Below, piece after piece: positions 1 through 11,351 of a DNA stretch of 64,000 bases. The notes under the pieces were generated by a model. The model ran no database searches. It saw nothing but the letters and a program-made list of their open reading frames with translations, and was not told the DNA's origin. The position numbers and the translations under genes are program-made. The stretch covers positions 1,612,001-1,676,000 of the forward strand of contig NW_027271598.1 in the NCBI RefSeq assembly GCF_040938485.1, written 5' to 3'. The stretch comes from Diadema antillarum (taxonomy: Eukaryota). Each line of letters opens with the position of its first letter. The stretch's first letter is position 1.

Positions 1-61
1 GTGTTCTACTAATATTGTTGCATTTTCTCAATCCTTATGTTTATGAAGGTGAACTTGTCCT

Positions 62-579
62 TTAAGTTTAAGGCGAGCTACCGTAGATTTATAGACTGGC
101 AGGACGCGGGGAAAATTCTGAACAGCGTCGGACGCGGTAAAAAGTTTTGATCTGCTCAAAATTTTATTCCGCGGACAACCACGGGAGGCACACGTGGTAA
201 AGACGTGCAACACACGTGAAACACACGTGATGATCCGTGTTCCGGCAGTGATTAAAACTTGGGGAGACGCGGTAAAGACGCGAAAGTTTAGCGATCTGTC
301 ACGGGCAGAGCACGGTCATCTGACTCCTGTTACGCGTTGGTATCACAGGAAATAGCGTGTGTTTAGCGGCTTATCGCTGACAAATGGATTTTTCCGCGTA
401 CACACACGTGGCTGGACGTGGTCAGCCGTGCCTAGGTAGTGCTTCAGCAGTGGAACAGTCGCCAACGGCCATACCCCGTATAAAGCACGACCAAACCAAA
501 GTTGACCAAAAACTTACCACTTACTACCACGTCCACCAAATTTTCATAACTTTTTGTACGTGATTTGGACGTGGAGTGC
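62..579. repeat. Truncated tail of a further (fourth) array unit: internal fragment of the TA-flanked MITE ending at the standard unit junction
   Basis: 62-579 matches 13161-13678 and the corresponding parts of the copies ending at 33969 and 49628 almost base for base. Bases 1-61 do not match the other copies. It ends in the same GGAGTGC|CGTGGGAGG junction. Confidence 0.85.
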
Positions 580-1080
580 CGTGGGAGGGGGACACCCACA
601 TCCTCCCACTCGCTCACTCTTATCGCTCTTGCTTGGCCGCGTTCATGATATTCAGTGTAAATATTAAAACAGGAAGTTTATTTGGATGATACTATTTTAC
701 GGGCAAATTGTTCATTAATAATCTACATCAAAATTTACTGCTACCTTAAACAAGTGGGACTGTTTCAAGTCGATAAAACAAGCAAAACATGCATCAAATT
801 GCACCATTTACAACATCAAAATGCAATTTCAGTTCTAAGAGTGGGAGGAGGGGGGGGGGGGGGACAACAGGTACTTCTACATCCTCCTCCTCCCCCCCCC
901 CCCCCAAAGATAAAATCCTAGCTACGCCGGTGCCCTTTCCCCGTTTGGTTTCCCTCAAAAAACAGTAAAAGTCTAGGGATTGAGAGCTTCCTATCATATT
1001 CCAAATGTCTGTCCAAAAAATCTCGTTACATTTTAGTGTCAAAACGCACCCCCCTTGAAAAAAAGCTGGTGACGCCCCTG
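580..1080. mobile_element. Right-end fragment of the CAG-ended DNA transposon family also present full length at 45439-48787 (copies at 13679-14184 and 33970-34471)
   Basis: Near-identical to 48286-48787. Ends in CTGGTGACGCCCCTG, the right TIR. It is followed by CTTAG here rather than TTATT, so this is a different insertion site. Confidence 0.85.
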
Positions 1081-1399
1081 CTTAGCCCTCCTTTATACGT
1101 TCTTTTCTTCTTTTTTTCCTCTTTCTCTCATTTCTTACCCCTGAGGGAAACAGTATATCATACCAACTTCACAATTGTCTAGATTCACTGGAAGAATGGT
1201 GCCTCCGAAGCTTTAGTAATGTTGAAACAAGAGTTGTATGTGATTTATATATAACTATATAGTTTTACAGATAATCGGTGTAAACGGGAGTCACTTGAAC
1301 CTGTAATTGTTGTTCTCTTTCCAATCCACATTATTGTTTTGTATACATGATTTCTCTCACTATTAGAGAGTGAGATGGGTTTATGTTATTGTCGAAAAA

Positions 1400-1865
1400 C
1401 GGAAATAAGTTTGATTTGAATTGATCTGAAAGTGAAAGTGGTTGACAGATATGGACAAATCTTCAGTGGACCAACAGACCGACACTTTCATGGTAGATCC
1501 ACGCAAATAAAATGTTAGATCTCACTGAAATCACCGGAGGCAAAAAAAAAAAAAAAAAAAATCATGTCGGGCACAAATGGAGGAACGCGTACAGAAAAGT
1601 CGTACCACCATTTTCTTCTGGAAACCATGGCAAAAGCAATTTAGAGAAGATATTCGAACTTTATTGAAATTCGTCTTTAGAAACCTGGAATATGCCGCAC
1701 GATGGAAGAAAAAAAAAATCTTGAGTACAGTAATAATCATAAGTGTTTCAGAAAATGGTGTCTATTTGGACACCCGTATTCTTGATGTGTATGGCAATAA
1801 TAAATGATGGTCTGAGTCACATTTCATTGCCTGTTTTTCAAAGTGCTTTGTTAGAAGTAGTATGA
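1400..1865 (+). pseudogene. Possible decayed coding relic of unknown family; a diverged second copy lies at 12870-13062 and continues at 49647-49705
   Basis: The two copies translate to similar peptides with stops and frameshifts: DRYGQIFSGPT/NRYEQFFSGPT, TLSW*IHANKMLDL/TLSWKIYANKIFDL, YHHFLLETM/YHHFLVETM, RRYSNFIEIRL*KPGIC/RSYSNFIEICL*KPGIC. Several differences are synonymous. Confidence 0.35.
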
Positions 1866-2119
1866 TGTATTATGTGTTTAGATAACGTATGTTGGATTTA
1901 GAATGATAAATATCCCACTGGGAAAAATGCACACACAAAAGAAGGACAAACACACAAACACACACATACAACATACATACACAAACATAGTGTGTAAACC
2001 ACCGTAGAGATGTAGAGAGAGAGAGAGGGGGGGGGGGGATGCTTTACAGCTTATTCCAGAATGTTATACCTTTCACAGAGAAGAAAGAACAGCAACCCAA
2101 TTTGGTAGATTGACATACG

Positions 2120-2275
2120 GGTCCTGTTGCATAAAATTTACTATTATGGTAACTTTGGCATCATGGTAACTTCCATGGAATTCTTGATTTTGATTGGCTG
2201 TTGAGTATTGTTGCCATGGTAGTTACAATTGGATGGCAAAGTTAACCATAATATTAATTTTTATGCAACATGCCC
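2120..2275. mobile_element. MITE with GG(T/G)C..GTTGCATAAAA termini (PIF/Harbinger-like); copies in units B (22455-22610) and C (~35520-35680)
   Basis: Terminal inverted repeats GGTCCTGTTGCATAAAATT and AATTTTTATGCAACATGCCC. Same terminus type as 46398-46592. Confidence 0.6.
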
Positions 2276-3963
2276 CAGATGTTATATATATTGTATTATA
2301 CAACACCTCAGAATGATGTCGAATTGTGATTGGCCAAGAACATGTCACATGACATTCAATAGAAAATACCTACCAAACTCATTGAGAGTGACAGCCATAC
2401 AATAGGCCCCTGGCATGGGCCTATTGCACGGCTCGAAGGTACTATAGCACGGCTTCGTGGGGGGCTACTAATGCATGGCCGCTCACAGAGTTCTGTGGCT
2501 CACAGCAGCAATAAAAGCGCCAGCAAACTACATTGTAGGGTGGAACATCCTATTACCGGACGCTTTTCTTTGTGGCTTTGAATTCCGTACTCATAGAATG
2601 AAATTTCGGCTAAAAACAACACCACTTATTCACAGACTCATGGAAATTACGAATTCAGCCAACTTACGTCATTTCTTCGTTCCAGTTTTTAGAAAATATG
2701 CTTCAAACATACCCCTCTAAAAATAGTGGTTTTTTGCGCCGTGCAAAATCGCATTGTATTACCGGACGCTATTTTCGTAATCGAATAATCGAGGTCTTTC
2801 GCACCTAATCCTTGCACCAGAATCACAATTCATCCCACAAATCACCGTACACATTCTCACCGAGCGGATGACACACACAAAAAATCTGCAAATGAAGCTC
2901 AAATTTCGTATTTTACAGTAAAATGTCTGTCTTGACCATTTCGAACAGTTCACGCAATAAAACCTTGTGAGAAATCGACAACTGGTTAGAGTATACGTGC
3001 TTTGTCTATGGGAGCTGCACGCGCGGGCGATGAGTTGCGTGCCCCTTGGCGCACAACTATTCCGCATCGTTCGCGTTTGAGGACGATAGCTACAAATTTC
3101 CGATATTGATCAGTGAACTTTTGGTTCTAATAGAATCTTCAGCATTTTTCCTGTATGTGAGTGGGATTTCATGGAATTTCAGTCGCGAAATGTGATTCAA
3201 ACATGCATAAATATTAACTATAAACGAGGTGCGGGTCACTCAACTATAAATTTGAGGTAAAATGTGAATTTTTTCGTGTTTTTACATTTTTATGTGGCGT
3301 TTTTTGCGATTTCGGTCCACACAAAGTTCTGTGAGGCTAATCTACGAAGTCTCGCGCGTACAGAATGTCATTAGTACGCAAAAATGTGCGTGTCCGGTAA
3401 TACCATGGTGTCCGGTGACACCATGCTTGCCCCTACGTGCTGGCCGGCTGCGCTGCGATGCGCTGCCGGTAAACAGACCAGTCGCGGCGGAGTACTGCAA
3501 CGTTAACGTGTACGCGCAGCTACTTTACCTAGCTAGTTGCATGTATTGCGGCCTACCTACTGCTGTGTTTTTAGTTTTGACTCTGATCTGCTATGTGGAC
3601 CACAGTGATCCCAAAATCAAGACTTCATTTGAAGTTGAGAAACCGTAATTTGATTATTTTTCTGTGTTTTTATACAAAATCATTTTCGGAAATAGAGAAA
3701 GTCTAGACCTACTACTAGATCTACCGACATCTCAGGTAGGCTTAACAGTCAGGCCTAACTCGATCTAACGTTAGCGTAGAATGGGTATAGACCCTGCGGA
3801 GTTTGTGATTCCTGTGACTGTGTGGTCGAATCATGACGAGTGTTTGAAGCAGTACACAGGGTGGTTTACAATTCTCGGCCTAATTGTTACATTTATTTTT
3901 GGGCCTTCCTGAGTTAGCGGTCACTAATTTAGTACTGTGATTGTGGACAAGGTGTTGTATAAA

Positions 3964-4139
3964 ACGAATAATTTATGATTTTGTTCGTGCATTGGGGCAC
4001 GTAATACCGCACTCGGCGCGAGATTCGCCACTGGTCTATTCAACGCGGCGCTACGCGCCTTGTTGAATAGACCAGTGGCTTATCTCGCGCCTCGTGCGAT
4101 ATTCGTGCCCTATGCACTCACAACTCATAAATTATTCGT
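3964..4139. repeat. Long palindromic (hairpin) repeat element, present in all three units
   Basis: Outer arms ACGAATAATTTATGA (3964-3978) and TCATAAATTATTCGT (4125-4139). Perfect 18-bp inner arms at 4027-4044 and 4062-4079. Confidence 0.8.
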
Positions 4140-5374
4140 ATAATATTGCAGTCCTTGAAATAAACACTGAAATTTGTTAACTTCCAAACATCACCTGGGA
4201 TGACTCAGTATTGGACATTCATTTTATACAGCATTGATAAGTGGCAATGTAATCACATTCTTTCTCTGTGATGTTTTTCATTAGGGCCTACTCAGTGATG
4301 GATATACAGTCTGTATTCATCTTCCAGATGATGTCATGGGCAAAATGGACCTTTATTTCTTCGCACTTTACTGCGGTTTTTTTTTAAATCTAAGACAAGA
4401 AATCAGTTTCCTCTAAACAATTTTGGGAACAGAATGTGTACTTTATAACATATTATATATATATATATATTTATTTATATATTCTCGTGGTGATCATATA
4501 CAATTTTCATAAACAAGTAAGATGTGTCAAACTTCAAAACATTTAATGACTTTAGGATTTTGACCGCAGGTAGTTAAGGAATCGACACAATTTCCAGGTG
4601 CAAGTTTGGATTCAGTCAAGCATGTATGAGATTAATTTTTTTTTTGACAAGTGTCAATTCTACATGTAGTGCTAATAACATGCTTCACAAAAAATAACAT
4701 ATTAGTAGTTTTTAAACATTGCAAAATGAACCCAAGGTAGTTTTTACATTTTGAATAGATACTAAATTATTCCTCTTCATCCATATCATCTTAAGATGCA
4801 GTTTGATCAGGTTTGATGTCTGTGACCTTGTCAGGGTTTCCTGGAGGAGGATCACATAATATATGAAATATATGAAATCAAATCATCAAATCAAAATCAC
4901 ATATAATCAAAACTTGTAGAAGCTAACCCTAGCACTCTTACTGTGCATACACATGCATACAGGGAGGGAGATAGAGAGAGAGAGAGAGAGAGAGAGACAA
5001 ATAAGAAAAGGAGATAGATCAATATATATATAGAGAGAGAGTGAAGGAGAGAGATAGAGCGAGAGGGAGTCCTTTACAGCACATTAAACAACACGTAAAG
5101 AGGAACACAATTTGTGATTGGGCCGATCTTTTATTCGAAGTCTCACAGACAACACAGAAATTGCTGATTTAGTAACATTCATACAGAATGTCTCAGTATT
5201 GATTATTTACATCTAGTTAAGGGTAGAGCTTATAATTGGGAGCAGCGATGTTCGAGTTATTACATTTGTTGCATAATTATGTGTAGGTCAGTTGCATCAC
5301 AAAACATCCTACTATATGAAATTTTTGCAAAAACCCCTAAAATATAAGGAGATATCACTATTTTTCTCACTTAA

Positions 5375-5446
5375 CCCGTTCCATGCCGAATTCTGAAATT
5401 CCCATAGATTTAATACACAGGCCACCAGGTTCCCGTAAGGAATGGG
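5375..5446. mobile_element. 72-bp piggyBac-type MITE, unique to unit A
   Basis: TTAA target duplication at 5371-5374 and 5447-5450. CCC...GGG termini with imperfect ~14-bp TIRs (CCCGTTCCATGCCG vs reverse complement CCCATTCCTTACGG). Units B and C have the empty site CTCACTTAACCATAAC. Confidence 0.85.
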
Positions 5447-7393
5447 TTAACCATAACTGTGGACGGTTTAGTCTAGAAACACTTTTATTATAACTGTTGT
5501 TCATATTTTGTATATCTAACATTAAACAATATGTAACATTGATTATCCTGATTAATTTTTTACATTAGTGGTTTCTATCCCTAACTCACATTTTAAAACT
5601 ATTTTGAAGCACTAAAGCTGAGTTTTTGTTTCATCTGCAGATGTGGTATAGGGCCTAAATAATGCCTTTAATGTATATCATGCACTCACGTCTTTTCTCT
5701 GCGCGTATGATGTACTCCATTTGCCAAGAATTGGCATATTTACCCTTTATCTACGTAATGTTATCATCAATTTATCTGCATCATACAAAAATGAAAGCAA
5801 TGGTAACTCTGAACTGATTTAAGACTGATTATCTCGGTTTGAATAATGCTGCAAACAAATTCCAAGAAACAAAACAAACAACCACAAATTGATTAAAACA
5901 TTCATTTCATGAAGTCAAGCTGTAAGTTTTCGTGATAATCGGATCGGCGACCTTGTGCCCATCTCCGCATGATCGCCATCGGATGGGACGTCGTCTAAAA
6001 ATCGAGACAATTTTGTTTGCAGCCTTTAATACGGTTTCTATAAAAAGCTTCCCTCTATACCATTTCCCCTTGTCTCCTCCATTCTCATCGCGCAGAGTAA
6101 TACATGAGCTTTGTTGACCCGCGGGCCGACGGCAGACTCGGGTCTCCATTCCATAAATCTCATTACAATGATTATTGTTATGTTACAATGATGGTTCTTT
6201 CAATGGCAGCAGTCATGCAGTAACCAATCAGATATGAGTATTCGGGTTATTCGTCATGGTAACTGCAATCACAGCAGCCTTTGATTATGGCAAACCCACC
6301 AGACTTCATTACAATGTCATGTATCAATTTCGCGCACCTATTATATTCGCCCAGGGATTTTCATAATTTCCCGTAGGTGCCTCCTACTAGAGCAACCTGT
6401 AGATTTTCGTTCTATCAAGGGGGTACTAGGCGAGTCTAGCACCTCACCCTACTTTCTGGTTGCCCTGTACGGAGTCCATGAGCAATGAGCAATCTAGACC
6501 CTTTTGACTGACATGTTGTAACATACACATCTAATAGCAGGCAACATTTTTTTTTTTATCATTTACAATGTTTTAAAGCTTACATACTGAGTCCATTCAG
6601 CTTTGTCACTATCTACAGCCTAATGTGCAGACAATTTTGTTTGATCCTCCTACATCCACTAATAAAGATTCCATTATTGGCAAATACCGTACATTTTAAA
6701 GTAAAAAGAGAGATATAAAGAGAGAATACATCAGGCACATGACTTCCACCAAGCTTTTCTCAACTTTTCTGCAGAAAAAAAAAGTAAGCTCATGCACATT
6801 TACACTTACATTTTCATGCCGTTGCGCAGACTACACATTTTGTATTTCGCACTTCACCCCTACACCTCGATTTCTATTAACCATGACGTACTACAAACAT
6901 GAGCCTTGTTTGATGAAACAACATACATGTACAATACAATTCAATACAATTGAATCATTTATATAGCGCTCTTACACGGTCAAGGAATGGTTTCACAGCA
7001 CTTCACAACAAAATTCAGTCACAGATTATTATTATAAAGGAATGACAATAAAAAAAGCTTTTGGTGTCACCATATTATTCATTAAACACAACACATTTCG
7101 ATCTTCAAGAATAATGGTTACATTTCATTCCATCATTATGATGATCTTTCCAGAAGGATCGATTGGCTGCCTCACAGAGAAGCACAGTTTCTGCTCTGTT
7201 TTCGGGGGGGGGGGGGGTGGAAAGAATAGTCTACTGCGCATGAATGCTTCATCTCATGCATTTAATTAGCCGTCGTTCATCTTGTTTATAAACAATGATT
7301 GATTCAAGAATTACTCATTACATGATTATTTTCTGAGACAAACCCTGCCCCTAAATAGAAGGTAAAAATGAAATGAAAAAAATGAAAACATTT

Positions 7394-10012
7394 TCACTTG
7401 TAAAGACCAGACAAAAAATCTTTGATGTAATCCCCAACTTCAATGGGCGAATCCTCCTGAATGAAATGCAGTCCAGCCGCATCAACAACTTTCTGATTGG
7501 GCCAGTGCTCAGTGGTTTTCTTGACGCTCGGGCCAAAGAGACCAGATAGGACATTGATGAACAACTTGGGGAGATTTGCAGACTCACTCAGCCAGGCGTA
7601 ATAAGCTGCAGCAGCTGCAATGACATCCTCGGGACCATCTCCAATGATGGGGATCTGCCTTGCAAACGTCAGGGTTGGGCGTCTGTCTTCTCCTGGGTTC
7701 TTGAAGGGCTCCACGTAGGCCTCCTTCTCCTCCTTCCTAAGCTCCCGCTTGATAAGGCGAGGCATGAGTACTTCCACAAAGGCATTCTTCTGGAGAACCA
7801 TCTCCTCCCCTTCGTCGGTGCGGAACACCTTGAAATCGGCATCGGGAAATTCCTCCCAACCGTGATAAGGAGCGACGAGGCTTTCAATGTGAACAAGGGC
7901 GTCCAGACGATCACGATGTTCATTGCTCCAATGGAAGCCCAGTATGGAGCCCCAGTCATGGCAAACGATGCTGATCTGTAGACAGAGAAAGCAGACTTAA
8001 ATGGAGCTACATGTAGTAGTTTTGGTTGAGACCTAACTTCAGGTTTCTAATATTTTTGGGTGAAATAATGAGAAATATCTAATGAAATATGAAAAGGCAT
8101 GTAATTCCGAGAGGGATTCAACGTTTATTTGATGGAAATCGGTTTTGAAATGGCTGAGATATCAACAACAAAAAAGAGCATTCCTAATAAAAAGCTGGAC
8201 CAATCTTTTATTCCTGGTCGGTTTGTTTTACTTTGTTTTTGGATGTTTCAGTCATTCCAAACCCGATTTTCATCAAATAAACTCTGAATTCCTCTGAAAA
8301 TGGTATGCTCTGTATACTATTTCGTAAGTGGTTTCTTGGTACCTCACAAAAAGTTGAAAGCCCAATTCTCATCTCCACCAACCCCTTTATTCAATTACAA
8401 CCTCAGTTAGCACATTTTAATTGCCCACCTTGCATTGCCAGTGGATTCTGTCTATTTTTCATCTGAAGTTGAAATAATGACGGACAACTTCGTTTACATT
8501 TTCATTAATTTTAACTCTTAACCCACAAGCACGAATATTCTCATTGTCCTAACACGAATAAGAGTTATTTCATACAATAAGGATAATTCTTTCAGTATTT
8601 TTTTCCACATATTTATCTGAATCAGATCTTTTTCTTTCCAGTTTCTTCATCACCTCTCTGGTTAAGGCACAATTTATTCTAGACCAGAAATAACTAGATT
8701 TGTTTTAGCTCATTTTTGCAAAACACTTCTCGGGAACAGTTCTCGAACAGTAAATATGCATATATGCAAATGTATGAGATCGCGATGTCATCACCTCAAA
8801 GTTTTCTTCTGCTTATGTGCAAAACAAACAACTTCAAAATAGCCCTACTTGATATTATATATACATTTCCATAATAATATGGTTATGAATGAGTTGATGA
8901 TTTCATGGCCTCAAAACTATAATAGTGATCAGTAAGAAATATAAATATAATTTTGAATAAAACAAGCTGGAATCAGTTCTTGTCTACAAAATATGTGACA
9001 AGTTTTGAGGCCATGAAATCATCAACTCATTCATTTCCATATTCATATTGACTATTCGAGAACTTTACTTGTGTAAATCTGTGAAAATTCAGAATACTGT
9101 GAATTTCCTAATTTCATTTCCTGTTGATCAAATTTTCAGTTGTGCCCTTAAAGCTTATCTATTTCTTTTCAGACATGCTATTCTGAGCTGTATTATGAAC
9201 TGGTAACTCAAAAAAGGCAAGAGGTATAATGAACTCACAAAAAGATGCATAAACAAGTAAGATCTCTAACATGTGTAGGGAGCTACTGTTTGTGATAACA
9301 CAAGAGTAGGAATTCACACAGTGAACGACAATTTTTTTAAACAAGATATATTAGGGTAAAGGATACAAAAATTAACATATTTATCGTAGTAAGTGCTTTG
9401 AGCCATGGTTTATGTATTACGATATAGTGCCGATTTTACATTATAATATACGTACTACTACAGTACTTACAATCTCAGCTTCGGGGAGGATCAACCGCCT
9501 AACTCACACATTAACGAAAGCTAACAAAGAACGAGAGAGAAAATATTATGGAAAAAACGAAACAGCATTTTGAAGAAAAAAAAATCACGTTAGTGCTCAC
9601 TGTTCATTTGTGTTTAAAAAAGTAACCAAACATTCCCTTAAGGAGGCCTACACACCTTTTTAGGCAGGTTAAGCTTGTCAAACCAGGCAGACAGGAATCT
9701 ATAGTGATCGACGAAGCGATACGACAGGCTTGCGAGCTTGTTGGATCTGCCCATGCCGATTAGGTCGGGAGCTAGACAACGAGCAATAGGCTGAACTTGA
9801 GGTACGACGTTCCTCCAGAGGTACGACGAGGTCGGGTTCCCGTGGAGAAACACGACTGCTCGATCACTATCGCGCTGATCGGGGTCGGAGTCGTAGTACG
9901 ACATCTGTTCTCCCAAGACGTCCAATTTTTTGCATTTCCCCCACCATTCGTCTGCTGTCACTATTGGTACTGTGGACTGTTGCTGTGCTGGCGCTCCGTC
10001 TGAGGAAGACAT
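7394..10012 (-). CDS. Renilla luciferase-like / haloalkane dehalogenase (coelenterazine 2-monooxygenase-like), copy A; exon 1 10012-9656, exon 2 7975-7394; 312 aa
   Basis: Motifs [32 protein letters not shown] (nucleophile Asp plus halide-binding Trp), VHIES (catalytic Glu) and [10 protein letters not shown] (catalytic His). Phase-0 GT-AG intron 7976-9655 (AAG|GTGTGT ... TCTACAG|ATC). No stops or frameshifts. Confidence 0.95.
8001..8390. mobile_element. Degenerate Kolobok-like (TTAA-flanked) element in the intron of genes A-C, same family as 50899-51280 in opposite orientation
   Basis: Similar to the reverse complement of 50899-51280 (e.g. TAGTTTTGGTTGAGACCTAA and CAAAAAGTTGAAAGCCCAATTCTCATCTCCAC). 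TTAA at 7997-8000. Confidence 0.55.
8666..9147. mobile_element. TTAA-flanked non-autonomous element (Kolobok-like) in the intron of genes A-C
   Basis: TTAA|GGCACAA ... TTGTGCCC|TTAA, with TTAA at 8662-8665 and 9148-9151. Confidence 0.5.
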
Positions 10013-11351
10013 GTCTGACGTAACATTTAAAACGTATGAAAATTGAACGAAAATTGTCAACTTTTCGTGTGTAAGACGATGGTTTGTCGTTAGGATGTAG
10101 ATGTGATTTTGTGTCCTCCACCTGCGCTCATAGATCAGTCGCATCCCTTGCCTGGTGTACTAATGTTCCCTGGCCTCTGAGAGCGGAAGGGGTTATTTTG
10201 TTCCACCAAGCATAATATGTGAATTACAAGCTTAAATAGTCCGAGAAAGCCCGTTATACGAGTGCATCGTTGCGCGACAGCGTGTACCCTGGGCATCCCA
10301 AGTTTAATGGAGCGGCCATCCAGGTATCATGTTTAATCTAAAAAGTAAAAAAAAAAAAAAGTAAGCCATGTAACATTATTCACTTCTCAAAAGATGATTC
10401 AGGGAAATGTTTGTTAGCTGATTTTTTAAGCCCCTGGAAGAAAAGTCTTTCATTCCCAGACTGCAGAATCTGCTGCTGTAGTAGGTCTACTGCTCATCCT
10501 TGCTGATCTTTAGTTGTTGTTTTTTCCAACATTATCAGTAACTTTGTGATTTTCTGTAAGTACTAGTGGCAACATTGTCATTAATGTCATCCTTATTATA
10601 TCCTGGGGGGGGGGGGGGGAGTAGTCGTCCTTCAGTCTATAATAATCTATTCAATTTCATCCCGATTCAAGTCAAGAGTTCTCATTATCCGACTTCACTT
10701 TAAAGTAAATCTATAACGGCCTTCATGAACTTTACGCCTATATGGCATATTTTGGGCAAGACTCTTTAGCCGTCTCACGTAGGGCTTCAATAATTTTATG
10801 TCCCTGATTACGGGCTTTACTTTTTATTTGATTTTCCACTTTGATTCAGGTTGTCCATTTAAAAGAATATTCCAGCGCCAGAGCATTGTCAGGTACCCAT
10901 CACCATGAAAATACAGTGATATGAAAATGCTTGCGTATCAATAAGCTATCATCTGAGAAAGACCCATCAAATCAACCCAAGGAGACATGATTATAATGGG
11001 AGTGGTCGACAAGGCTTCAGGAGTTGTTGGTCAAAGAGATGGATCCCATACTAATGAGGCCCCAACAAGTAAAATGACATTCGGTTCTCCTACAAGAATA
11101 CTACAGCATAGATAGGCCTACATTATCTACATACTCTCCACTTCGTTGAGATCGGAAACATCAGAATCGTATATCATTCAAGAAATACTGTCACGGAGGC
11201 TGTTACTTATCTTTTAAAATCCCCTCCCCGTTCATCCTCAGTAACGACCAGCTCAGTGACTTGAAGAACAGCGAGATGTTCGTTGGCCGGCAAAGTAGTT
11301 GACACCTGTTCGATGGATGTTTTGTTTGGTTTTGGTGTTCTTGTTTTTTGA

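Noticed and set aside
682-1042. Gly/Pro-rich short ORFs (also 13781-14234, 34075-34537, 48388-48618)
   Set aside because: They arise from G and C homopolymer runs in a transposon end, and their frames change between copies with run length.
2475-3648. ORFs of 81-118 aa conserved in all three units
   Set aside because: No family motifs, and two of them are frameshifted in unit C. The region looks like repeat-derived DNA with ACCGGAC-type sub-repeats whose ends I could not define.
9797-10121. Alternative-frame and antisense ORFs over the enzyme exons (also 7351-7587, 7669-7959, 52076-52339, 53630-54163)
   Set aside because: Shadow ORFs of GC-richer coding exons.
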